From an uncultured Eubacteriales bacterium (GTDB lineage Bacteria > Bacillota > Clostridia > Oscillospirales > CAG-272), in the NCBI GenBank assembly GCA_934371135.1, contig CAKRNO010000005.1, positions 607-64,606 of the forward strand: a stretch of DNA of 64,000 bases. Reading direction: 5' to 3'. Of the stretch, positions 44,642 to 53,019 are shown one piece after another. Below the pieces are notes generated by a model that was not told where the DNA came from, did not search any database, and worked only from the letters and a program-made list of their open reading frames with translations. A program made the position numbers and the translations under genes. How positions within the stretch are numbered: the first letter of the stretch is position 1; every line of letters begins with the position of its first letter.

Positions 44642-45517
44642 TTACCAGCCGTTGACCGAGCGATAGGCGGCGGGCGCCGCCGCGCCCGCCCCGCGGCGCA
44701 CGAGGACGGCGCCCTCGCGGTAGAGATTCAGGTACTCCGCCGCCTTGTCCGGCTCCTCGTCGAGGAGCAGATAGTAGGCGATGAGCAGCGGCAGGAGCTC
44801 TGCCTGGTCGCGGTCGAACGGCAGCTCACCCCCCTCGGGGAAGTCCTCGCCGATCTCCGGCACCGCCCTGAAGTAGTGCACCCGATAGGAGCCGGGCAGG
44901 CTCCGCGCGAGGTAGAGGTTGCCCTCCCCGTCGGTCTCATAGCCGTCTGTCAGCGTTTCATACGCCCCGTCCCGCCAGCGGGCGGGCGGCTCTGCCAGAG
45001 CGCGGAAGTCCGCGGCGCGGTCACGGAGCGGGTAGCGCACATAGGCGCCGCCCCCGTGCGGGATGGGTACCCCGCCCGCCCCGTCGTAGATGCCGAGGTT
45101 CTCGACGCTCCCCCCCGCCCCGCCGGTGAAAACGAGCGTTACCCCGCCGCTGACGATGCCCCAGAAGGGCGCGGGGGTCTCGGGCGCGTCCCAGGCGATG
45201 TGCCGGGTGCTGCCGTCCCCCGCCGTCACCTCGCAGGTGCCGGTCCCCCGCCCCTCGAACCAGTACGCCACGGCATCCGGATGAGAGACCGTGCGCGGCG
45301 CGCCCGGCGTGAGGGGGAAGTGCGGCTCATCGGTGAGATTGACGGCGGGGGCGTGGGTCAGAAACACCGTGCCCGTGCGCGGACGCAATGCGTCCACCTG
45401 TACGGCGGCGCGCCCGAGCGCCGCACGGAAGGACGCCTCTGCCGTGTCCGAGAGCTCGTCGAGCGTGTCCGTGAACCCGAGGAGCGCCGTACTTGCTTTC
45501 AGTTCCGCGTATGTCAC
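44642..45517 (-). CDS. Putative head-tail adaptor/connector (291 aa, GTG start)
   Basis: AAGGAGG RBS 7 nt upstream of the GTG (VTYAELKAS...). The N- and C-terminal helices (…AELLPLLIAYYLLLDEEPDKAAEYLNLY) resemble gp6-like head-tail connector proteins, with a beta-rich insertion between them. Confidence 0.55.
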   Translation of the reverse strand: MTYAELKASTALLGFTDTLDELSDTAEASFRAALGRAAVQVDALRPRTGTVFLTHAPAVNLTDEPHFPLTPGAPRTVSHPDAVAYWFEGRGTGTCEVTAGDGSTRHIAWDAPETPAPFWGIVSGGVTLVFTGGAGGSVENLGIYDGAGGVPIPHGGGAYVRYPLRDRAADFRALAEPPARWRDGAYETLTDGYETDGEGNLYLARSLPGSYRVHYFRAVPEIGEDFPEGGELPFDRDQAELLPLLIAYYLLLDEEPDKAAEYLNLYREGAVLVRRGAGAAAPAAYRSVNGW

Positions 45518-45528
45518 GGTGCGCCTCC

Positions 45529-46587
45529 TTACAGCTGGATCGCGCCCGTGACGGCGCTCGCGGCATCCACCGCGAGCAGAATGTGCTTGTAGGAGCCGAA
45601 GCCGACGCCGAAGCGGCATCTGCCGTTCCAGATGTAGTTGCCGGTGTGGTTGTCGCACCAGCTCGTCACGGTCAGCGGCACGCGGTTGAAGAACATATTG
45701 CCGCTGAGGTTCTTGTTCGCCTCGCGGGACATGATCATGACGCGGTCGTCGCTCGTCTGCCAGTTGGGCATCACGATGATGTTCCAGTTGCCGAAGTGGA
45801 GGTTGATGTCGTTGTAGCCGTTGCCGGTCGCGCCCTCGGAGCCGCAGACCTTCTTGGCGATGGTCTCGGCGAGCGGGCGGTTGCCGGGCAGGATGATGGT
45901 ATCGGCGGTGTAGCCGAGGATGTCGCCGTTCTCGTCCTTCATGTTGCGGAGCTTGACGGCGAGCTCGGCGAGCGCCTCCTCAAACGCGCCGGTCGAGAGC
46001 GTGCGCGTATCGGTACCGGTGCCGAAGATATCGCCCCAGAAATAGTTGGACTGGGTGCCGCTCTGCCGCTTGCCGCCCCACTTGTGCGCGGAGGAGAACA
46101 GCGGCTTGCCGTCCGGCGCCGTCAGGTCGAGGTTGGCGCGGGCAAAGGTGCCGCCGGATGCGGTGCCGTTTGCGAGTGCGTATTCGCAGATCTTGTGCTG
46201 GGTCTTGTAGTAGGCGCGGGTGAAGTTTTCGGCGCGGCGTCTGGCGTCCGCGGCGACGCCGTAGGCGGCGTCCTCCATCATCTCGGCGGTGATGGTAAAC
46301 TCCTTCATGAACTGGATGTGCTCGATGAACTTGCGGTAGGTCTCCTGCATATCGTCGTTCTCCGCACCGGCGCCCTCGGCTGCTGCCTGGAAGACGTCAA
46401 ATTCGTTCTGCCCGACGATGGTCTCGCCGAACTTGGCGGAGCGCTCGACGTTAAACAGCCAGTCGCGGATACCGCCCTGCTTGGTCTGGAGGTCGGACTC
46501 ATGCTCGATGACCATCTTGATCGGGGTCTCGAGGCGGCCGACCTGGGCGTTGTTCACGCCCGAGGACTTGGAAAACAGAATTGCCAT
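45529..46587 (-). CDS. Putative major capsid protein (lambda gpE-like position and size)
   Basis: 352 aa, directly downstream of a decoration-like gene as in lambda D-E. Sequence family not verified. Confidence 0.65.
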   Translation of the reverse strand: MAILFSKSSGVNNAQVGRLETPIKMVIEHESDLQTKQGGIRDWLFNVERSAKFGETIVGQNEFDVFQAAAEGAGAENDDMQETYRKFIEHIQFMKEFTITAEMMEDAAYGVAADARRRAENFTRAYYKTQHKICEYALANGTASGGTFARANLDLTAPDGKPLFSSAHKWGGKRQSGTQSNYFWGDIFGTGTDTRTLSTGAFEEALAELAVKLRNMKDENGDILGYTADTIILPGNRPLAETIAKKVCGSEGATGNGYNDINLHFGNWNIIVMPNWQTSDDRVMIMSREANKNLSGNMFFNRVPLTVTSWCDNHTGNYIWNGRCRFGVGFGSYKHILLAVDAASAVTGAIQL

Positions 46588-46616
46588 TTGTGTTTCTCCT
46601 TTTCGTTTGTGATCGG

Positions 46617-47018
46617 TCAGAAGCGCACGAGGATCTTGTCCCCGCTCGCGGCGGCACCGGCGAGATCGACGATGGTGGCGACCCCGGAGGTGGTGGTGGC
46701 AGTCACGCCGAGCCCGTCGGCGGAGAGCGTGACGGCGCTGCCGTCGGTGAGTGCGGTCGGCGCCGCCGTCAGCGGCGCTTCAAAGATCATGTCGGCGCTG
46801 ACGGGGTAGACGGTGACGCGGCGCGCTCCGCTCTCGGGTGCGGTGTAGTCCTCCCCCGCGATATAGGTCGGCTTTGCGGTCGCGCCGCACTTGGTGACCG
46901 CCCCGCCGGAGAGGACGAGCGCCTCTCCGAGCGTATAGGTCTCGGACGCCGTGGCGCCCAGTTTTTCGGGCTCCGGCTGGTTACAGCGCCCGTTTTTGAT
47001 TTTCACGAGACGAAACAT
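46617..47018 (-). CDS. Putative head decoration protein
   Basis: 133 aa, Gly/Ala/Thr-rich and beta-rich. Position is between the scaffold-like and capsid genes. Confidence 0.5.
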   Translation of the reverse strand: MFRLVKIKNGRCNQPEPEKLGATASETYTLGEALVLSGGAVTKCGATAKPTYIAGEDYTAPESGARRVTVYPVSADMIFEAPLTAAPTALTDGSAVTLSADGLGVTATTTSGVATIVDLAGAAASGDKILVRF

Positions 47019-47042
47019 TGTTTTTTCTCCTTTTGTTGTGAA

Positions 47043-47669
47043 TTATTCCGGTTGACATCTGGCGTACAGACGCTCGATCTCCCCCTCGGTGAGATCGCCG
47101 AACAGCTCGCGCGCCTCGCGCATCTCGGCGGCGGTCATGCGGGAGGGGGTACCCGCCGCCCCGATCGGGACGGCAGAGCGCAAATGCGCGCGGTTGTCCG
47201 CGGCGCGCGGGGTGACGAAGGCGTGGCAGGCGGCATAGAGCGCCTCCTCGACCGAGAGCCCGGCGTCGCGCAGGGCGGCGTACCGCAGGGCATTCGGCAG
47301 CTCCGCGAGGTGTGTAAGCCCCGCGAGTGAGGGCGCCATGCGCTTGATCTCACGGAGATCCTCCGCGGCGAGCGCGGCGTAATCCGTCGGTGCGGCGTCG
47401 GCGGCGCTCTCCTCCGCGGCGGCATCGCTGTCGCGCGTTTCCCCCGTATCTTCTGCACCGGGGGCGCCGGGCGCCGCCCTCCTGGCGGTGTCACCCACGC
47501 CGCCCGCAGCCCCGTCAGGGGTCACTTCTCCCTCCCGGGGGTCGGCGGCATCCGTTCTGCCCGCCCCCTGTCCTGCGACGAGCGCGGTCAGTGAGACGGG
47601 GGTCATCCCCTGCGGATCCGCCGTACCTCCGGCGGCGCTCATCGCGCCGGTATCGGTAAACTGCTCCAT
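47043..47669 (-). CDS. Putative scaffolding protein
   Basis: 208 aa with an acidic disordered N-terminal half and a helical C-terminal half. Position is between the portal region and capsid gene. Confidence 0.5.
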   Translation of the reverse strand: MEQFTDTGAMSAAGGTADPQGMTPVSLTALVAGQGAGRTDAADPREGEVTPDGAAGGVGDTARRAAPGAPGAEDTGETRDSDAAAEESAADAAPTDYAALAAEDLREIKRMAPSLAGLTHLAELPNALRYAALRDAGLSVEEALYAACHAFVTPRAADNRAHLRSAVPIGAAGTPSRMTAAEMREARELFGDLTEGEIERLYARCQPE

Positions 47670-47681
47670 GCCGGCGCCCCC

Positions 47682-47813
47682 TTACTTCTTGACGCGCAGG
47701 TCGGTCCCCGTCCTGCGGGTGGCTTTCGGCTCTGCCACGGGTGTGTTCGGCGCGGTGATTTTACCGCCGCTGACCGTTGCGTAAGGGTTCTTCTTCTGCT
47801 TCTTGTCTTTCAT
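47682..47813 (-). CDS. Small Lys-rich protein (43 aa; below the ORF-track cutoff)
   Basis: MKDKKQKKNPYATVSGGKITAPNTPVAEPKATRRTGTDLRVKK. AAGGAG RBS 7 nt upstream. Packed between neighbouring genes. Confidence 0.5.
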   Translation of the reverse strand: MKDKKQKKNPYATVSGGKITAPNTPVAEPKATRRTGTDLRVKK

Positions 47814-47827
47814 GTGTCTGCTCCTTT

Positions 47828-48547
47828 TCAGTGATAGTGGATGAGATTTTTGTTTTTGGCGTTGACGGCGGCTTCGGTCGCCTCCGCCATCTCGCGGGCT
47901 TCCTGCTCGGTCATCCCACAGGTGAGCGCGTAGGAGTACGCGACCTCGCGCGGCATCTCCTGGTTCACCATGTACTGCATGACCTTGACCTTCTGATGGA
48001 CGCTGACGCCGCTGCCGCTCTCGCGCATTTTGCCGACCAGGGTGCCGATGACGGCGGCGTCCCCGTCGCCCATGCCGCAGGCGCGTGCATAGGCCTCGGC
48101 GGTCGCCTCGTCGGTGATGCCCTGCCCCTTGATGCTGCCGAGCAGCGACTGCCGCCGCTTGCTCTCCGCGGTCAGGTAATCGGCGTAATCGCGCCGGTTC
48201 TGCCGCGCCGTCTCCGCCTGTTTTTCCGCCGCGTCCGCGAGCGTCCTTGCGTGGGTCGCGTAGGCGACCCCGTCGAGGTAGTCCCCGTAGCCGGAGCCGG
48301 TCAGCCCCGCGCGGGCGACCGCCTCTCCCCGGGCGCCGTAACGGCTGCCCGCGCGGTCATAGGTGATATCCGCTGCCCGCGCGGCTTTGGCGTATGCCGC
48401 CTTTGCGTCCGTGCCGTAGAGCTCCAGCCACGAGGCGTAGCCGTCTTTTACCGGCTTCGCGTCGTCACGCCTGTCCTGCTGCGTCGCCGATCTCGCAAGG
48501 ATCGCCGCCGCCTTTTGCAGCCAGTCCCGTATCTGCTTCTGTGCCAT
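47828..48547 (-). CDS. Hypothetical phage head-module protein (239 aa)
   Basis: Start at MAQKQIRDW (aa 101 of the track ORF). Helical and Ala-rich. Function unknown. Confidence 0.6.
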   Translation of the reverse strand: MAQKQIRDWLQKAAAILARSATQQDRRDDAKPVKDGYASWLELYGTDAKAAYAKAARAADITYDRAGSRYGARGEAVARAGLTGSGYGDYLDGVAYATHARTLADAAEKQAETARQNRRDYADYLTAESKRRQSLLGSIKGQGITDEATAEAYARACGMGDGDAAVIGTLVGKMRESGSGVSVHQKVKVMQYMVNQEMPREVAYSYALTCGMTEQEAREMAEATEAAVNAKNKNLIHYH

Positions 48548-50300
48548 TCTGTCCCTCCTCCCGTTTGATTCTGTCGAGGAAGTACATGACGTTCTCCCGT
48601 GCGAACGGATAGTGCGCGCGCTCCTGGTTCTGCCAGTAGCGGAGCAGGGTCGCCGGGTCCTTCGGGTCGCCGAGCGTCCCCGCCTGCAGGTTCTTGAGGT
48701 TCTTCTCCCACATCTCCTCGCGCTGCTGCTCGGGTCCCCCCGAGAGATCGACCGAGAACAGATACCCGTCGTCATACCGGTACTGCCCCGAGGCGGGGTC
48801 GTATTCCAGGAAGTCGTAGCGCTGGAAGGTCGCGGGGTGCCGCACACCGAAGCAGTCGGTGTAGGTGATGCACCGCGGCTCGTCCGCGTAGGCGAGGTAG
48901 TGCTCGAAGATGAGGCGGTCGATCGCGGCGTACGCCATGTACTTCATGCGCCGCTTGGATTCCAGCCGCCCGGCTGCCTGCCGGATGCGGATCTGGCGCG
49001 AGTACCCGGATTCCGCCGTCGTGGTGTCCAGCCCCTGATAGGCGTCCGAGATACCGACGATGCGCTTTGCCTGGAGGTACAGCCGCTCCGCCTCGGCGAT
49101 GTCCTGCGAGATGTCCGGGGTGGTATCCACCGTGCCGTAGTCCGCCGCGCTCTCGCCGGGGCGCAGACGGATGACCTGCCCGAACACGGCGTTGTTGAGC
49201 GTTACGGTCGCGTCCTCCGGCACGAGCGGCGTGACCCCCGAGCGCATGAGCTTCTGCATGATGCGGCTCTCCACCTTGTTGATGGCTTGCTGCTGCGGGC
49301 GGATGAACGCGCAGTCCGACTGCCCGAGCAGCTGCCCGGCACAGCTGGTATTGCGCCGTATCACGATGGGGAAATGCTTCGGCATATAGTACGGGATCCT
49401 CGTCCCGACCTCGCCGGCCTCCCCGCCCTCGCCGAAAGTAAGGGGGGTTTTGGCGGGAATGACCGATCCGTCCCCGAGCAGGATGTCGTGCGTGAGCACC
49501 TCCTCCGTCACGTCGCGCAGGGCGCGCTCCCGGTTGCCGCAGCGGCAGAGCGGGTCCGCCGCGCCGCAGCGCGGGCAATAGAGCTCCTTGCGGCGGTAGT
49601 ACCCCTCCATGTCGGAGAGCACCGCCCCGCCGGAGAAGACGAAGCGGGAGACCTCCCCCGCCTCGTCCCGCCAGAAGCACACGACCACGGTAACGGTCTC
49701 GTCCCCGGCGTCGCCCGCCCCCTCCGTTTCGGCGAGGCTCGCGACGGCGCGGCTCACCCCGTAGCGGCGCGTGAGCTCCTCACGGGTGGTGACGAAGCGC
49801 AGGAAGCAGTATTCCATGTCCTCGACCTCCGTGATGTGCGGCTGGGGGAAGAAATCGGTCGGCGAGAGACAGCTGACGCGCACGCCGCCCCGTGCGCCGG
49901 CATCCTCGATGCCGCTGTCCCACTCCACGAGCCAGACGCTGCCGCCGTAAATATAGGTGTACCTTTCATCCATGTCGTTGTACGCCTCAAAGGGCAGTTC
50001 GTCCCGCACCTTGGCGCACAACCGCTCGATGCCGGTGGCGTTCCGGTCGTGCCGGAGGCTGTACCGCTTCGCCTCCGCCTTGGGGGCGGGGATGTCGGAG
50101 GAGATCTGGCTCTCCACGATCTCGTAGGTGATGTTCCGCACCGCCGAGGCGCGCTCGGTGCTGCCGTCGATCTCGTCGCTCCCCTTGTATTGCTCATAGT
50201 GTCTGCGGAGGGTATCGGTCACCTCCGCGAGATGGTTCTTCGCTCCCTCGTAGAGTTCGGAGAAGAAGTGAAGCCGGTCGGTTTGTTTGCTGATGGTCAT
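48465..50300 (-). CDS. Phage portal protein with CxxC...CxC insertion
   Basis: 611 aa, positioned after terL. N-terminal region is typical of portal proteins (…YEQYKGSDEIDGS…NITYEIVESQIS…). Cysteine cluster YCPRCGAADPLCRCG at aa 242-254. Confidence 0.8.
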   Translation of the reverse strand: MTISKQTDRLHFFSELYEGAKNHLAEVTDTLRRHYEQYKGSDEIDGSTERASAVRNITYEIVESQISSDIPAPKAEAKRYSLRHDRNATGIERLCAKVRDELPFEAYNDMDERYTYIYGGSVWLVEWDSGIEDAGARGGVRVSCLSPTDFFPQPHITEVEDMEYCFLRFVTTREELTRRYGVSRAVASLAETEGAGDAGDETVTVVVCFWRDEAGEVSRFVFSGGAVLSDMEGYYRRKELYCPRCGAADPLCRCGNRERALRDVTEEVLTHDILLGDGSVIPAKTPLTFGEGGEAGEVGTRIPYYMPKHFPIVIRRNTSCAGQLLGQSDCAFIRPQQQAINKVESRIMQKLMRSGVTPLVPEDATVTLNNAVFGQVIRLRPGESAADYGTVDTTPDISQDIAEAERLYLQAKRIVGISDAYQGLDTTTAESGYSRQIRIRQAAGRLESKRRMKYMAYAAIDRLIFEHYLAYADEPRCITYTDCFGVRHPATFQRYDFLEYDPASGQYRYDDGYLFSVDLSGGPEQQREEMWEKNLKNLQAGTLGDPKDPATLLRYWQNQERAHYPFARENVMYFLDRIKREEGQNGTEADTGLAAKGGGDPCEIGDAAGQA

Positions 50301-51676
50301 AGGCTATCCTTTCCCGGGCAGATCGGAGTGCCGTAGCGGCGGCGCAGGTATTCTCGCTCCTCCTCCCCTGCCCGTTCGTAGTCCTCCAGAAGGTCCGCGT
50401 GCCACAGGGTCGCGGCAGCCGCGGGCGGCGGTGACGGACGGCTGTAGTAGATGGCGAAGCCGCGGAGGGCATCGGGTGCGTGGGTGATTTCGTGTGGCTC
50501 CGTTTTCGTGTCGGTCGGCCGCAACGGGTCTGTCTGCAAAAGCGGCAGGCACCGGATGATCTCGGTGCAGGTCCTGAAAATGTGCAGACGCGGCGTTCCG
50601 TCGGCGCGGAGCCGTAAGAGCTCCTTGACCGAGAGCCAGCCGGTCTCCCGGTCGTTCGCGGTCTTGGTGAAGCGTACCCCGTTCTCCTCGAAAAGCAACG
50701 CCTTGCTCCGTCCGCTCTCCTGACTGCGCGCCCAGAGGTCGGGCGGGGCGAGGGTGGCATAAATGTGCTCGTCGCGGGGGGTCGCCGCGAGAATCCTCTC
50801 GGCGGCGCGGGATACAATGAGGTCGGATTCACACACCTCGCGGTAGAGGTAGGCGTTGCGGTCGTCATCGACCGCGATCCAGAGGCACGCGAGGCGGTCG
50901 AGCCCGTAGTCGATGGTGCGGTACCGCCGCCAGTGCGCGGGGATCGGGAACGGGTCGCAGGTGTGTATCTCATAGGAGAACTCCCCGAAATACTGCCCGT
51001 CAAAGATGTTCCAGTCCCCGAGGAGCAGCGCCCGCCGCTCCCTTTCCGGGAGGGCGAGCAGCCGCTCGCGGTAGGCGGGGTCGGCGCCGAGGAGAAAGCG
51101 GTTGTCCTCCAGCTTTGCCGGCAGGAAGATGCGGCTCCCGCCCCGTGCGGGCGTGAATTCCGTGTTCGGCGGCGACGGGTCGATGAAGCGCGCCTTGACC
51201 CACCCGTGCCCCACGCCGCCCGGGTTGGTCGAGGACTTCACCTGCTTCGGATAACGGTTGGCGCCACGCACGCGGGACATCAGGTAAAGGTACTGAAACT
51301 CGGTGAAATGGGTCAGCTCGTCGAAGCGGATGATATCGTATTCCGCCGATTGATACTGGAACACATCGTTCTCGGTCGCGCAGTAGCCGAAGTCGATGAG
51401 GCTCCCGTTCGGGAACCTGCCGGTGTGCCCGGTCGCGTGATAGGTATAGACGCTTTTCGGGTACAGAGCGAGGCTCTCGCGGATGAGCGACTTTTCGAGC
51501 TCGGGGAAGGTGCGTCGCAGTATCAGCTGTTTGGATGCGGGGTGCGTCAGGGCGAAAAGGAAGGCGTCGATGAGTTGCCCGCGGGATTTGCCGCCCCCGG
51601 CTGCCCCGCCGAACAGTACCTCGGTGGCGCCCGCGTCGAGAAACGCTTTCTGCCGCCGTGTGACCGTCAGTCTCAT
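50297..51676 (-). CDS. Terminase large subunit
   Basis: Walker A-like FGGAAGGGKS. C-terminal nuclease-like region. 4-nt overlaps with both terS and the portal gene. Confidence 0.85.
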   Translation of the reverse strand: MRLTVTRRQKAFLDAGATEVLFGGAAGGGKSRGQLIDAFLFALTHPASKQLILRRTFPELEKSLIRESLALYPKSVYTYHATGHTGRFPNGSLIDFGYCATENDVFQYQSAEYDIIRFDELTHFTEFQYLYLMSRVRGANRYPKQVKSSTNPGGVGHGWVKARFIDPSPPNTEFTPARGGSRIFLPAKLEDNRFLLGADPAYRERLLALPERERRALLLGDWNIFDGQYFGEFSYEIHTCDPFPIPAHWRRYRTIDYGLDRLACLWIAVDDDRNAYLYREVCESDLIVSRAAERILAATPRDEHIYATLAPPDLWARSQESGRSKALLFEENGVRFTKTANDRETGWLSVKELLRLRADGTPRLHIFRTCTEIIRCLPLLQTDPLRPTDTKTEPHEITHAPDALRGFAIYYSRPSPPPAAAATLWHADLLEDYERAGEEEREYLRRRYGTPICPGKDSL

Positions 51677-51960
51677 TCGATGACCTCCACCGAGACGGTG
51701 AAGGTGCCGCTCTCGTCGCCGGGGCAGATCTCCCCGAGGAGAAATTTGCAGAAGGACGGGTCATACCGCTTTGTCAGCCCGCCGACGATGAGACGCGCCT
51801 TCTGCCGTTCCCGGCATTCGTCCCATGCGCGGGCAAACGCTTCGTTTGTCTGCCGCCATTGCTGCATCTCCCCGAGGGTGACTCCGATCCGCTCGGCGAA
51901 CCCCGCGAAAGTCGGGAAGTCAGCGCCGTCCGAGCCCTCATTTTTAAAATAATCGAGCAT
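51673..51960 (-). CDS. Terminase small subunit
   Basis: PTFAGFAERIGVTLGEMQQW...ARLIVGGL...FCKFLL pattern, typical of small terminase HTH proteins. Confidence 0.75.
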   Translation of the reverse strand: MLDYFKNEGSDGADFPTFAGFAERIGVTLGEMQQWRQTNEAFARAWDECRERQKARLIVGGLTKRYDPSFCKFLLGEICPGDESGTFTVSVEVIE

Positions 51961-52149
51961 TTGCCGCTCATAGCCGGGGCTGTCCGTCGTGTCTCCCTCC
52001 TCCCGTGTCCTTTTCGCGATGCACCCCGCATCACATCTCTATTGTAGAGGGGCGGCACTTGCCGTTGGGCTCATTCCGGGAAAAACCGATCAGGTGAAGC
52101 CCGGCGCCTCGTCGCCGCCCGTCGGCACACCCTGCCGAAAGGTGAAAAG

Positions 52150-52191
52150 CAGCGGCGGGGCGCCCCGTTTTCCGGGCGCCCCGCTGTTTTT
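52150..52191. terminator. GC-rich hairpin with T-run (terminator-like) between the tandem units and terS
   Basis: CAGCGGCGGGGCGCCCC-GTTTTCC-GGGCGCCCCGCTG then TTTTTAT on the plus strand. The minus-strand version has a weaker CTTTTC tail. Confidence 0.5.
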
Positions 52192-52387
52192 ATGTCGTTC
52201 GACTCTTTTCGCCGTGCGGCGACAGAAAAGCACCGTTTCCCGACCGTCCGCATCCGCTTTTGCGATGGGATGCCGTCGCATCGGTCGCATGATTTTGCCG
52301 GTGGAGAATGAAAATCTCCCGCCGCGCCGGTGGTGCTTCCGTTTCGGGCATAGCCCTGGTGCTCGTTTGACAATTGCTCGTAGTTAT

Positions 52388-52531
52388 GCCTCCCATGTGT
52401 AAGGAGAGCCACCGAAATCCTTTCGGTGAACGGATTTCAGCGTGCGACAAGCAGGAAAACCTTGTCCTCGGGGCGGCGACGACTGTTGTCGCACCGAGGG
52501 CTTGGGTGCCTCTGCGGTCATGCTTTCTCCC
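52388..52531. repeat. Tandem structured unit 1 (144 nt)
   Basis: 135/144 identical to 52579-52722 with no indels (hand alignment). Contains several internal hairpins. Confidence 0.85.
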
Positions 52532-52578
52532 GTTCTTTCCTTATCCCCGGACTGGTTTGTCAGGATGACGCAATCCTA

Positions 52579-52722
52579 GCCTCCCCTGTGTAAGGAGAGC
52601 CGCTGAAATCCTTTCGGTGAACGGATTTCAGCGTGCGACAAGCTGGAAAACCTTGTCCTCGGGGCGGCGACGACTGTCGTCGCACCGGGGGCTTGGTTGC
52701 CTGCGCGGTCATGCTTTCTCCC
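52579..52722. repeat. Tandem structured unit 2 (144 nt)
   Basis: Second copy, 191 nt downstream of unit 1. Confidence 0.85.
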
Positions 52723-52954
52723 TCCCACCTGTTTGCGTAGCGAGACGGAGGGACTGTCGTTCTCCCGCCCTTACCCATTCTGCCTTTTTCCCCTTTTACA
52801 ATCCCTCAGTCGCCTCTGGCGACAGCTCCCTTTACACAAGGGAGCCTTTCTCATTTTTCCTTTTCTTCTCTCTTTTGACCTCCTTGTTCTCCACCCCGTT
52901 CGGCAGCCTACCTCTTTTCTTTTATGCAACTATCGTGTGGTTTCGGTCTTACAA

Positions 52955-52986
52955 ACAAAAAAGGCTGTCCGGAGACAGCCTTTTTC
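52955..52986. terminator. Bidirectional terminator after the esterase gene
   Basis: AAAAAAGGCTGTC-CGGA-GACAGCCTTTTT. Confidence 0.7.
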
Positions 52987-53019
52987 TATGAAGCTTCAAA
53001 CCGCCCCGCGGGCGGGTGT

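Larger units (their letters stand above)
37887..51960. mobile_element. Phage-derived block (repressor, early ORFs, head/packaging and putative tail-hub operon); boundaries not defined
   Basis: Gene content and order given in the component CDS entries. No att sites or integrase recognised. Confidence 0.7.

Noticed and set aside
43277-50336. 771-aa and 574-aa plus-strand ORFs inside the phage block (43277..45592, 48612..50336)
   Set aside because: They are antisense to the 918-aa/adaptor/capsid genes and to the portal gene. They have no RBS or motifs and show the same shadow-ORF composition.
52388-52722. CRISPR-like array
   Set aside because: There are only two units. They are 144 nt long, separated by 47 nt, and internally structured. 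No cas genes are present, so the pattern does not fit CRISPR repeat/spacer geometry.
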